Assembly: GCA_964236955.1 (NCBI GenBank)
Contig: CAXSGP010000007.1
Location: 19,313-83,312 of the forward strand
Direction: 5' to 3'
Length of the DNA: 64,000 nucleotides
Source of the DNA: an uncultured Oligoflexus sp.
GTDB taxonomy: Bacteria > Bdellovibrionota_B > Oligoflexia > Oligoflexales > Oligoflexaceae
Both the position numbers and the translations under genes were made by a program. Below the pieces are notes generated by a model. It made no database searches. It was not told the DNA's origin and worked only from the letters and a program-made list of their open reading frames with translations. Positions 28,459 to 39,400 of the stretch are shown here, piece by piece. The first letter of the stretch is position 1. Every line of letters begins with the position of its first letter.

Positions 28459-28801
28459 GGTCTAATATCCTTTCGTCTAATATCCCAAACCGGCGTCAGG
28501 CTTAAGATTAAATCTGTAGGCTCCAAACCCAAGCAATAGCATAGTGTGCGAGTGGCTGTCCAATGCCACGCGGCGTGCCCAGCAATGTCAAGGGCCTCAG
28601 GTGAGGACCGGGCCGCAGGTTCCCGCTACTGTCCAAGCCGGACGCCGTTTCCGAGCTCTGAATAATGCCGCAATGGTCTTAGGCAGCTTCCTTTCTAAGA
28701 AATACAGAATAATATTCAGGAGACGTTTTCGCCATAATTTTCGCGGAACGTGCAGGGTGAATCTGACTTGGAATAGGCGCAAGCAAAAGCTAGAAGACTC
28801 A

Positions 28802-28830
28802 TTGCCTTTTTATCATTATAGATCCAAAAT
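28802..28830 (+). promoter_or_regulatory. Sigma70-like promoter upstream of the eno leader
   Basis: TTGCCT-N17-CAAAAT. Confidence 0.45.
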
Positions 28831-28845
28831 AACGACCAACTAGGA

Positions 28846-28968
28846 TCTATCACCGAAGACCAGGGTTTCCCTCACCCGTGAACGATCTTTCGTCCTGAGG
28901 CCAAAGGAACGCCGTCTGGACCCACGAACGTCCGGCAAAGATGGAGACCCTGCTTGCTTGGCGATAGG
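28846..28968 (+). ncRNA. Candidate structured RNA (eno 5' leader or sRNA), family unassigned
   Basis: Nested helices CTATCACCGA/TTGGCGATAG, CAGGGTTTCC/GGAGACCCTG and ATCTTT/AAAGAT, plus two apical hairpins. Confidence 0.45.
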
Positions 28969-28984
28969 GATGAAGAAGTGCTAA

Positions 28985-30286
<1,302 letters not shown>

Positions 30287-30345
30287 AACGGCTAATCCTT
30301 CGCTCTTATTCCGCCGGCTTGAACCGGCTTCCTGAACCAGAAGGC

Positions 30346-30379
30346 AAAGGCCCCTCGATTTTCATCGGGAGGCCTTTTT
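30346..30379 (+). terminator. Intrinsic, probably bidirectional terminator after eno
   Basis: AAAGGCC-CCTCGAT-tttc-ATCGGGA-GGCCTTTTT between convergent genes. Confidence 0.8.
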
Positions 30380-30459
30380 CTTTGCTCAGACTTCTGATCT
30401 TGAACGATTCGCTGCAGATGACCTTTTGAAGATGACGGGTCAGCACCAAGGTCCAACAT

Positions 30460-30798
30460 TCACTGCGCTGCCATTTCCGAATGCTCCGCCGGTCGCAAAT
30501 CTGGCCTTTGTACCAGTTTTACAAGCTCGCCAATACTACAATGGCTCTCGATCGGATGACGGAAGGGCCGCTTCAAATTGAGGGTGTAGTTATTTTTTCG
30601 CCCTTCTTTGCTTCTCTGAATGTAGCCTTCATGTTCCAACTCAGAAACTATCCTCTGTACAGCTCGCTCGGTGATTCCAACTGCGGTTGCGACTTCTCGC
30701 AGGACCCGCTCTGGATTCTGAGCCAAGAGAATGAGTACATGGGCATGGTTCGTGAGAAAGGTCCAACCAGTTGCTTCTTTTTCATGGGATTTATCCAT
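30460..30798 (-). CDS. Winged-helix transcriptional regulator (MarR/ArsR/AsnC-like, WTFLTNH type)
   Basis: WTFLTNHAHVL...LREVATAVGITERAVQRIVSELEHEGYI.R.KEGRKNNY. Confidence 0.88.
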   Translation of the reverse strand: MDKSHEKEATGWTFLTNHAHVLILLAQNPERVLREVATAVGITERAVQRIVSELEHEGYIQRSKEGRKNNYTLNLKRPFRHPIESHCSIGELVKLVQRPDLRPAEHSEMAAQ

Positions 30799-31010
30799 TC
30801 TTCCCTCAACTTCCGAAAGAAAAAAAGCTCTTTCATCAAAACATTAGCACAGTTAGTTCACATACCAAACACGAAGGGAATGACCTGTATTCTAAATAAC
30901 GAAATCATTTCCTTAGTAAAATAAGACGATCTTTCGTTTAGGGAAAGATCGGAAAACCCAGTTTATCAAGGGATATCCATACTGCCAGATTGCATACCCC
31001 ATTCTCGCCT

Positions 31011-31037
31011 CAAGTTTGCAAGCTCAGTTACCGATAG
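31011..31037 (+). promoter_or_regulatory. Sigma28-like promoter of the cheA operon
   Basis: CAAG-N15-ACCGATAG, about 45 nt upstream of the first gene. Confidence 0.55.
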
Positions 31038-31080
31038 CCCTAGAGAAGAGTCACATTCTCTTTTAGATTGGGGGCCTGCT

Positions 31081-31587
31081 GTGGAAAGCAGAAAAGTAAT
31101 TAAATTCGCTAACTTGAAAATCGATTTAGTCGAGTTGTCAGGGGCTGCCCACTATTACATCGCTGGCGATGTCGACGAAAACTTTCGACAAAAAGAGATA
31201 CCGCGCATAAAAAGCCCCGAGCTCCATCTGCACCTCAAGGAGGTGGGTAATTTTAACTCGGTCGGTATCCGGGAATGGATACAACTCATCAGCGATCTTT
31301 CACTTCACAGCAAGCTTAGCTTTCACGAGTGCAGTGTGTCCTCCATTGATCAGATCAATATGGTTCCCCATTCCTTGGGCGGAGGCAAAGTGGAATCTTT
31401 CTATGCTCCCTATTACTGCAGCTGCGGACGGGAAACCGTCAAACTCATCGTCGTACACGAGCACGAAAAAGAACTGCGAATGAACCTTGCCCCTCGCTTC
31501 TTATGCGAGTGTGGAAAGACTCTGGAATTTGATGCACTCGAAGAAACATACTTTCAATTTCTCACGAGTCTGCCTAAAGCAGGCTAG
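31081..31587 (+). CDS. STAS-like (anti-anti-sigma-like) protein with C-terminal Zn-ribbon
   Basis: IAGDVDE...LKEVGNFNSVGIREW STAS-like motif with a Ser at the conserved position; YYCSCG and FLCECG pairs. Confidence 0.6.
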   Translation: MESRKVIKFANLKIDLVELSGAAHYYIAGDVDENFRQKEIPRIKSPELHLHLKEVGNFNSVGIREWIQLISDLSLHSKLSFHECSVSSIDQINMVPHSLGGGKVESFYAPYYCSCGRETVKLIVVHEHEKELRMNLAPRFLCECGKTLEFDALEETYFQFLTSLPKAG

Positions 31588-31600
31588 TTAAAAAGGGGAC

Positions 31601-33982
31601 TTGAGCATGGATGCTCTTGTCAAAGCTACAATTGAATCGCTTTGCAAAAAAACACTGCCTGAAATGCAGGAGCAGCTGCTCCTCTGTCTCCATTCCGGCC
31701 TTCCACTCGACGATGTGGACCTTCTCTACAATTTGAAAGAAGGTCGCGAACTCATCGGATTGCTACTTGCCGCCACCAGTCTTGAAAAAGAAATCACTGT
31801 TTCCTCTTTTCAGGATAGCGCAAGCGCGTTAGATAGCAAGCACGAAGAGACAGGAACTTTGCGCGAGCGAGCTGCAACATCAGGTAATTCCAGCCTTTCA
31901 GAGCAATTGACCAGAGAGCCGGCGAAAAATAATGCGGCTCCTTTGAGCGATGAAGAGGCCTATGCGCTTCTCGCTGAGATGGATGGAATGAGCGTCGAAA
32001 GCCCTCCTGTGAAAAGCCCGCAAGACCAGGGCCAGGCAAGCTCAGACATGGATGAAGGCGAGGCCATGCGCCTGTTGGCCGAGATGGATGAACCCATCAC
32101 GGCTCAGTCCAGCACCACTCATAAAGTTACGACGTCCCCAGCCGTCGCCCCTCATGCGCAAGAACATGCAGATACCACGGACTCTGCCTTTGATGATGAA
32201 GGCGTGACAGAAATCGCCGAATGGGAGGCCAACGAATTTCAACGCGACCCCTCCATGCTCAATGATTTTATAATCAACACTGACGAATTGATGCAAACCC
32301 TTGACGCTACAATCCTTCAGCTGGAGCAGGATCCGACTAATAAGAAGATTATCGAAGAAGTCTTTCGCTCCGCGCACACTCTTAAGGGTGCCGCTGGCAT
32401 GTTTGGCTTTAAGGGCATCGAACGTGTGATGCATCGTATGGAAAATCTCTTCGATCTGATCCGCAAAGAAAAACTTCTGACCGATTCAAGGACGATAGAC
32501 ATCGTATTTCAAGGGCTGGACCTTCTGCGCACATTGCTTCAGGCAGTCAGGGAAGGGGCGCCCTCCGGAGTGTCAACCGTACCCATCGTTGAGGCCCTGG
32601 GTCTGGCGGCGCGCGGCAAATACCAGGCTTCAGTTAAAAAAGGCTTGGATTCCGAGCCTATTGCCGCCAAAGCCCCGGCTCCGGCAGGCACCGCCCCAAA
32701 GCCTCCAGCCGAGAGCGAAGAGGGCAGGACCAAGAAAAAGGAGCCCAAAGAGCAATCGACTATACGAGTCGATCTCGAACGCCTTGATGTGCTGGTTAAT
32801 CTGGTCGGCGAACTCGTAATCGACCGATCGCGCTTTGCCAGCATCGAGAATGAGCTGCGCACCGATTATCCCCAAATCAAGGTTGGCAGTAACTTTTCCG
32901 AGACGGTCCAGCTTTTTGGGCGTCATATGAATGAAATTCAGGACATCATTATGAAAGTGAGGATGGTCCCGATCGGCAACGCCTTTAATAAATTTACCCG
33001 CGTCGTTCGCGATATCTCACGGTCCCTCGACAAAAAAATAGACCTGACCATCATAGGTGAAGATGCTGAACTCGATAAGACGATGGTCGAGCAAATCGGC
33101 GATCCCCTTATTCACCTGATACGCAATTGCTGTGACCATGGCATTGAAATGCCAGACGTTAGACGCGAAAAGGGCAAGAACCCTCAAGGCACCATACGCC
33201 TCTCCGCGGCCCAAGAAGGCAATCACATCGCCATTAAAATCATCGATGATGGCAAGGGCATAGACACGGCCGTCATCAAACGCAAAGCAATCGAAAAAGG
33301 ACTGATCGCCGAAGATGCTACCCTCAGCGACCGTGATACGTTGAACCTGATCTTCGAACCTGGATTTTCAACTGCTGAGAAGGTGACCAACCTCAGCGGT
33401 CGCGGCGTCGGCATGGACGTAGTGCGGCGCCAGATCATGAAACTCAAAGGCACGATAGACCTGGAAAGCAAGGTCGGCCATGGGATGACCGTCACGATTC
33501 GCCTGCCTCTCACCCTCGCCATCGTGCAGAGCCTACTGGTCAAATCAAGAGGAGAGACCTTCGCAATTCCATTGAATTCGGTAATAGAATCGATTCGCAT
33601 CTCACCCAAAGACATTCAAAAAGTAGGCGACAGCGCCGTCTATAAGCTGCGCGACAATGTGCTGCCCTTGGTGCTGCTCGAGGAGGTGATGTCCCTTTCC
33701 TCGCGTGAGGACCATTCCCCAGCCAAAAGCGGTAAGTCCAGGACCCGCACGGATCGACTGTTTGTCGTCGTTGTCGGCCATCCCGATCACCCCACCGGCA
33801 TCATTGTCGATCAGCTTCTTAGCCAGCAGGAGATGGTCATCAAACCCATGGGCCCACTGTTGCGAAATATTCCATGTGTGTCAGGCGGTGCCGTACTCGG
33901 TCAGGGCGAGGTGGTTTTGGTGCTCGATGTCCCCGAAATAGAAAGTATAGGTCGTAACCGTAACCGTCATCACGCCGCATAG
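31601..33982 (+). CDS. cheA: Chemotaxis histidine kinase CheA with N-terminal extension
   Basis: Hpt FRSAHTLKG; dimerisation TIRVDLERLDVLVNLVGELV; HLIRNCCDHGIE, DDGKG, FEPGFSTAE, SGRGVGMDVV; C-terminal CheW-like P5. Confidence 0.96.
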   Translation: MSMDALVKATIESLCKKTLPEMQEQLLLCLHSGLPLDDVDLLYNLKEGRELIGLLLAATSLEKEITVSSFQDSASALDSKHEETGTLRERAATSGNSSLSEQLTREPAKNNAAPLSDEEAYALLAEMDGMSVESPPVKSPQDQGQASSDMDEGEAMRLLAEMDEPITAQSSTTHKVTTSPAVAPHAQEHADTTDSAFDDEGVTEIAEWEANEFQRDPSMLNDFIINTDELMQTLDATILQLEQDPTNKKIIEEVFRSAHTLKGAAGMFGFKGIERVMHRMENLFDLIRKEKLLTDSRTIDIVFQGLDLLRTLLQAVREGAPSGVSTVPIVEALGLAARGKYQASVKKGLDSEPIAAKAPAPAGTAPKPPAESEEGRTKKKEPKEQSTIRVDLERLDVLVNLVGELVIDRSRFASIENELRTDYPQIKVGSNFSETVQLFGRHMNEIQDIIMKVRMVPIGNAFNKFTRVVRDISRSLDKKIDLTIIGEDAELDKTMVEQIGDPLIHLIRNCCDHGIEMPDVRREKGKNPQGTIRLSAAQEGNHIAIKIIDDGKGIDTAVIKRKAIEKGLIAEDATLSDRDTLNLIFEPGFSTAEKVTNLSGRGVGMDVVRRQIMKLKGTIDLESKVGHGMTVTIRLPLTLAIVQSLLVKSRGETFAIPLNSVIESIRISPKDIQKVGDSAVYKLRDNVLPLVLLEEVMSLSSREDHSPAKSGKSRTRTDRLFVVVVGHPDHPTGIIVDQLLSQQEMVIKPMGPLLRNIPCVSGGAVLGQGEVVLVLDVPEIESIGRNRNRHHAA

Positions 33983-33990
33983 GGAACCTA

Positions 33991-34548
33991 ATGAGCAATC
34001 CATTTAATGATATTTTCAGTAATAACAGCATGTTCAGCATCATCGGTGAGCTTGATGCCGATCATGCGACACGTGACTTCAGCCAGGTTCGCCAATTTAT
34101 CGGCTTGCTCATCGATAAAGAAGAATTTCTATTACCCATAGAAGTTACTAACGAAATTATTATGATGAATCAAATGACTTTCGTCCCCCGGGCCCCTCGC
34201 TTCGTCGATGGCGTCATCAATCTTCGCGGTACGATACTGCCAACGATCAATCTTCGGAAGATGCTCGGTAACAGCAGCACGCAATTTAGCGGCCAGTGCC
34301 GTATAATCATCGCCAGGTGCGAAGATTTCACGGTGGGCTTGATGGTCGATGGAATCACCTATGTAGTCGCTTTGAGTCAGGATCAGCTGCAGCTTCAAAC
34401 CTTGCATAACAAGGGAACCGGCTCAGAATTGATCTCAATGATCAGCAAGCGGGGCAATCAGATCAACGGTGTGTTGGATATTACAAAAATCGTCGCCGAA
34501 ACCGGCATCAGTTACCACGAAGAAGAACCTGATGAAGAAGCTATTTAG
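33991..34548 (+). CDS. cheW: Chemotaxis coupling protein CheW
   Basis: TFVPRAPRFVDGVINLRGTILPTINLR, VGLMVD. Confidence 0.92.
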   Translation: MSNPFNDIFSNNSMFSIIGELDADHATRDFSQVRQFIGLLIDKEEFLLPIEVTNEIIMMNQMTFVPRAPRFVDGVINLRGTILPTINLRKMLGNSSTQFSGQCRIIIARCEDFTVGLMVDGITYVVALSQDQLQLQTLHNKGTGSELISMISKRGNQINGVLDITKIVAETGISYHEEEPDEEAI

Positions 34549-36187
34549 TCTCATCTTCGCCACATGCATTTGGGCCTCTTCGACTTACTCTGCCCCTGCA
34601 CCCAGGAAAGCCGATTTTCTTTTTGAACTGCAGTCCTCCGTGAAGGGGCTCGGGGTGCTTCAGGACGGCATTATGGGTGCCGGACTTGGAGCTGAAATGG
34701 AGGGCAGAAAAGGACTCAACGAAATCACCGTATCCGCTCCCGGCTTTGTCACAAGAAAGATCCGTTTCTGGCTTGAGCCCGGCAGGAAAAAGTTGATCCC
34801 CATCGAGCTGGCCAAAATCAAATTCGAATCAAACTCCAACTGGAAAAGTCCTTTTAAAAAATTTGAAGGCGCTCGCCTTGAAAAGAGGGCCAGCGCCTGC
34901 GCCTGGTACCAAAGCAAGACCCAGGATAAAACCAGCTGCGACCGCCTCACTTACCTTGACGATATTTATTACTCAGAAGATAGCATCTTCAACATAAAAG
35001 ATCTGAAAGACTACCAGAAATCCCAGGAGCTCGCGACCTTTCGTCAACTTCTGGCCGGCATCGATCAGACTGATTCGGCTGCCGGAATTGAAGACTTCTT
35101 CACAAAGCATCCTCGGCAAACCTCGGCCTTTCACCTCGCATCGCTCTTTAGTCTTCTGCAAGGGGATTGCCCCCGTGTCTATAGCCTCTATACTGAGGCC
35201 CAGCAGGTCTTGGAGGAAGTGGGGACCTTAAGGCTCCACATGGTCGTCTGCGCTGAGGCCCATAACGATATCAAACTACGGGACCACATCCTCGCCGAGG
35301 CGATGAATGACAGGGCCCCCAATCTTTCCCTTGTCTTCTGGCTATTTCAGACCCAACTTCCGGTATCTATGGCTAAAGCCGCAGCGACTGCACTTAAATG
35401 CTATAAAACCAATCCAGGCGATCTTCGTTGCCAGGATGCGCTGGCGATGACAGCCAAGGTTCAAGGCAAGCCTTACCGGGCCAATGGAGCTAGCATCGAG
35501 GAGGAGACCTTTAGAAACTTCATGAGCATTGAAGAAAATCTCCCGAAGGGCCAACAGGAGGCTCTCTACCTTGCCATCGCCAATCAACTCGATGAATTTC
35601 CCCAGTCAATCGAAAATTATGTGCTCCTTTCTTGGATCAATACCGTCTATTCCAAAGACCTGGCCCGTGACACCTACGTCAGCCGCAAAATTCAGGTTGC
35701 CGAAGTTCAAGCGGGTGGCACTCTTGAAAAAATCATCGAATCGATCGAAAAAAACAACCTGTCGCAAATTCTTCCGGCGATCTATCTGCGGCGACTTCGA
35801 TTTGAACCGACCGATCCCAATCTTTGGTACCGCTTGATCCGCTCCTATTCGAAGGCAAAGCAATGCAAGGAGATGTTAAGCGGAATCGTGGCGGGTACGG
35901 AGTTTCTGCCAAAGTTTAATCCGGGGCTCCTGCAGATGAAGGGCAGTTGCGAAGCCGACCTGCAACTCTATAAAGATGCCGTGATCACCTATACAAAGAT
36001 CCTGGATTTGAATCCAAAGGCCTGGACCTCGCCCTTTAATCTGGCCAACATCTACGATCGCTTAGGCAATAAAAAGCTGGCCTTCTTTTATTTCAAAAGG
36101 ACTCTGGAATTAGGCCCTCCGGCTGAAGTTGCGGAATCCGTTAAAATGAAAGTGCTGCAATTTCAGCCGCTTGAAACCACCAAATAG
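34532..36187 (+). CDS. Exported TPR protein with N-terminal PEGA-like domain
   Basis: Signal peptide MKKLFSLIFATCIWASSTYS overlapping the cheW stop; 'EITVSAPGFVT' PEGA-like; C-terminal TPRs (FNLANIYDRLG..A..YFKRTLELGP). Confidence 0.7.
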   Translation: MKKLFSLIFATCIWASSTYSAPAPRKADFLFELQSSVKGLGVLQDGIMGAGLGAEMEGRKGLNEITVSAPGFVTRKIRFWLEPGRKKLIPIELAKIKFESNSNWKSPFKKFEGARLEKRASACAWYQSKTQDKTSCDRLTYLDDIYYSEDSIFNIKDLKDYQKSQELATFRQLLAGIDQTDSAAGIEDFFTKHPRQTSAFHLASLFSLLQGDCPRVYSLYTEAQQVLEEVGTLRLHMVVCAEAHNDIKLRDHILAEAMNDRAPNLSLVFWLFQTQLPVSMAKAAATALKCYKTNPGDLRCQDALAMTAKVQGKPYRANGASIEEETFRNFMSIEENLPKGQQEALYLAIANQLDEFPQSIENYVLLSWINTVYSKDLARDTYVSRKIQVAEVQAGGTLEKIIESIEKNNLSQILPAIYLRRLRFEPTDPNLWYRLIRSYSKAKQCKEMLSGIVAGTEFLPKFNPGLLQMKGSCEADLQLYKDAVITYTKILDLNPKAWTSPFNLANIYDRLGNKKLAFFYFKRTLELGPPAEVAESVKMKVLQFQPLETTK

Positions 36188-36492
36188 ACCGAAGCTGTCG
36201 CGACCGGGGCAACCGCTTTGTCAGAGTGCCGGGTGGATTCATAGCGGCTTGCCATCGACAGGCCCTTCCCAAAAAGATCCTGTTCCCGTGCTACGGTGTT
36301 TGGGAAGCAGGTCTGGATCTCACCAGCAGCGAATCCAATGCTGCAATGGACAGTATCCGTAAAGCTCATCGCCATGGATTGGGCTCATCGCCCGAATCCA
36401 TAAGACTGCCTAGGTTTTTTTCGATATTGCTTCGAAGCTGGGGAGCCAAATCCCTGAGCGAAGCCGAACCTTATACCCTAAAATCCCGAACT

Positions 36493-39400
36493 TCATTTAT
36501 TGTTGAGTTTGAGGTCAGCCGCGAAAGCCAGTATGCTCTTTGCCGAAGCCGACTGACTAATGCGTTGAAACGAGTTCGTGCGTGGATTAACCAGATCGAC
36601 TCCCGAGATCGTTTCTATGATACCGATCAAATCCAAAGTTTCCGCGAGGTTCAACCGATAGATCTGCTCAATAAAGTGAGAGATCGTCTGACTGATCCGA
36701 TCCGCGCTGACATTGCCGAGTTCGTTGAAGAGCTGAGTAAGGTAATCTCTGTCCTTCGCCTGAGCGAGGATTGCGCGCAGGGGATCCTTATCCATGCCAA
36801 GCACGCGTTTAACACTATCGTTTTGGTCTAGGGAGCGTTTGCATTTCATCAGGAAGGGAAAGATCTCGCCACCCGTACTCAGATGAAGAAAGGGATAATA
36901 GTCGAGGCTCACCGCTCTCAATAGGAAAGTCAAACGATGGAAAATACGTGATGACGGAGCCGCCATGTAATGATTACGGTCGATATAAATATCTCTCTTC
37001 TCAAAATCAAATTGGAAGCGATCGCCTATCGAAGGCAGATGATAGAGGTGATAGCCGTTGTCTTTCAGAGCTGCCGTATAGTAGCGTAGACTGGTTCTTT
37101 GTATCAACTCGTCCGTCAAGGGTATTGCTTTCCGCACTTTCTGAATTTCGTCCGGACGCATCTTGAGGCGATCGGCAACCCCGGAAATACCCATCTCGTG
37201 GACAAAGGCCTGGATAAAGAGCGGGTAGAGCGCTTTCAAAACGCGAGCCAAGGGACTTTTGATGCCGGGATGGAACATTTCCCTATCCATACGATCGATC
37301 CATTTGAATTCATATCGAATCGACTGGGGATCGCGCCATACTCTTTGCGGAAAGCTGTCGAGACTGGCAACATTGTTGTCGATCAAAGCTGCAACCTGCA
37401 CGGCAATAATATTCTCCGCCATATCCTTCAAAGGATAGCTGAGGATTGACTCGAGCAGTCCCGTGTCGGGAACTAGACTTCGAGCGACACGACGCCAGGC
37501 TGCCGAGGCGTCATCACGCGGTGCGATAGCTTCCGCGGGGTTTTGTGGCTCGAAGGAACTTATATCGACCGCCGCGGAGGCTGACGATCTGGAATCATTG
37601 TCGTAGCGGCTCTTAAATTCTTTGGCACTCGTTTCTTCCGCAGCAAGGTCCGACGAAAGAGGCGCAAAGGAAGGAGCCGGCGGCGGGGGTGGCAAGCTCA
37701 TATCGTGGGTCGGTGAATAGACATTGGTATTTTCAAAGAAGGATAGAGGCTCCGGAGCCCTGATCCCCGGGTTTATACCCGCCCGCTTGGAATCAGCACG
37801 CATCGGCATGTCCACGCCAGGCAATTCAGCAAGCTGGGTATGCATGGGCAACTGGTTTGGCAAACGATTTTTTTCCTCCAAATCGAACTGCTGAGAGTCA
37901 TCACCAAATGAGAATGGGGAGGAACTCAAGTCACTCTTATCCCTTAGCACAGGTGGTGGCTCGAGTTTCAGCAAGGCTAAACCTGTTTGGGTGTGTTCGA
38001 TATTTAATCCGGGTTCATTGAAATCAAAACTCGCTTGCTCGGCCCGCTGTGCGGACGAACGTGCGTATGCGGCATTTCCCAGGTTCTCAACATCCAGTTG
38101 GAAAACCGTTCGATCCAAATCATTTTCGGCGACGGTAAACCCCATTTTTTCAAATTGATCCCGACCTGTTGATAGTATAGTATGGTCAACTTCCGAAAGA
38201 TCATCGCTAAGCACGGCTGCCGCTTCCGAGTCGATGCCCTGATTTCCGAAATAACGCATTGTGACGACTTCCACCGGCCCATCGCGGAGCGACGACTGAC
38301 GAGCTGAAAGCTCTAGGAATTCCTGCTCAAGCCCCGAGACCGAAAGTTGATATTCCTTTAACGGGCGAGGATCGTCCTTTAGATAAGGCAATACCCTTTG
38401 AAGCAATTCATGGAGGGCGAACTCGGCCTGAATCTCCCTATAGAGAGCAATCAATATCCCCCAGATACGGGATTCCTGAGGAAATTCAGCATGCAGACTT
38501 TCCAAAATTTTCCGCGCCTTGCGTGAGCCGCTGTTGGATTCAATTAGATAATCGGCGTAGAAAAGTCTAATTTCATAGAGCACATTAGGATCTACGGCCG
38601 AACCATCATGTTCAGCAAGATCTTCGATGCGAGCAAAGAAATTCTTGCCCATCGCCAAAGCGTCGAAGGATCTTCGTGAATAATTTAGAAACTCTACGAT
38701 CTCCGAACGGTCGACGAGCCGAATCATCGTCATCCACCAGAAGCTTTGGAATAAGCTACCATCTTTATTATGAAGACTATAATCCATTGCGGCTTTGGTG
38801 GTACGAGAGTCAAGTACCTTCAAAATCAAATCCTGGTCGACAAAGAAGCGGAAAGTCTCATCCCGCTTTTCCAGCACGAGGCGGCACATAAAACTGTTGA
38901 TCGTGGCTTTTGCCTCCCGGGCTTTCGGCCCGTTTTGGCCCAGATGATACTCCATTAGGTGGAGGATAATAGTCCGATGCGACCAAAGCGAAGGATCGGA
39001 AAGCACATATTCAAGAAAGAAATGATCATGGATTCTATCCGTGACACCATAACGCTCAAGCCAGGTCAGACGAATCCTAGCCGTATCAGCAACCGGCAAA
39101 TCCGTCAGCAGGCTGACGAATTGCTCCCCATCTTCAGCTGAGATATTGAAGCCTTGCAGACTGGCTTGAACCTGATCCATGACGAAATTCTTGTGACTAT
39201 CACTCGTGCTCAGGCGAAGCTGCGCAAGGAGATAATGAAGGGCTTCCGTTTCATTGCCCATACTTCGAATCTGTTTGAGGAAGCCATCGAGATCGCCCGT
39301 GGCAAACTCAGATTTGGTCACGAGTCGATGTTGAATCTCCAGCTTGATGCTCATCATCATGGGAACATCTTTGGTAAGCCGTAAGGCATGCCGCTCGTAA

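Noticed and set aside
28884..28925. Hammerhead-like 'AGGACGAAA' on the minus strand of the eno leader
   Set aside because: The required CUGANGA core is absent (it reads CAGACGG), so this is not a hammerhead ribozyme.
36300..36320. GGAAGCAG reminiscent of SRP RNA domain IV
   Set aside because: Lacks the preceding CAGG...GNRA loop arrangement of 4.5S RNA.
36226..36831. 201-aa plus-strand ORF after the TPR gene
   Set aside because: Overlaps the 3' end of the 1885-aa gene by about 340 bp, has no clear RBS or motif, and its 5' part is hairpin-rich intergenic sequence.
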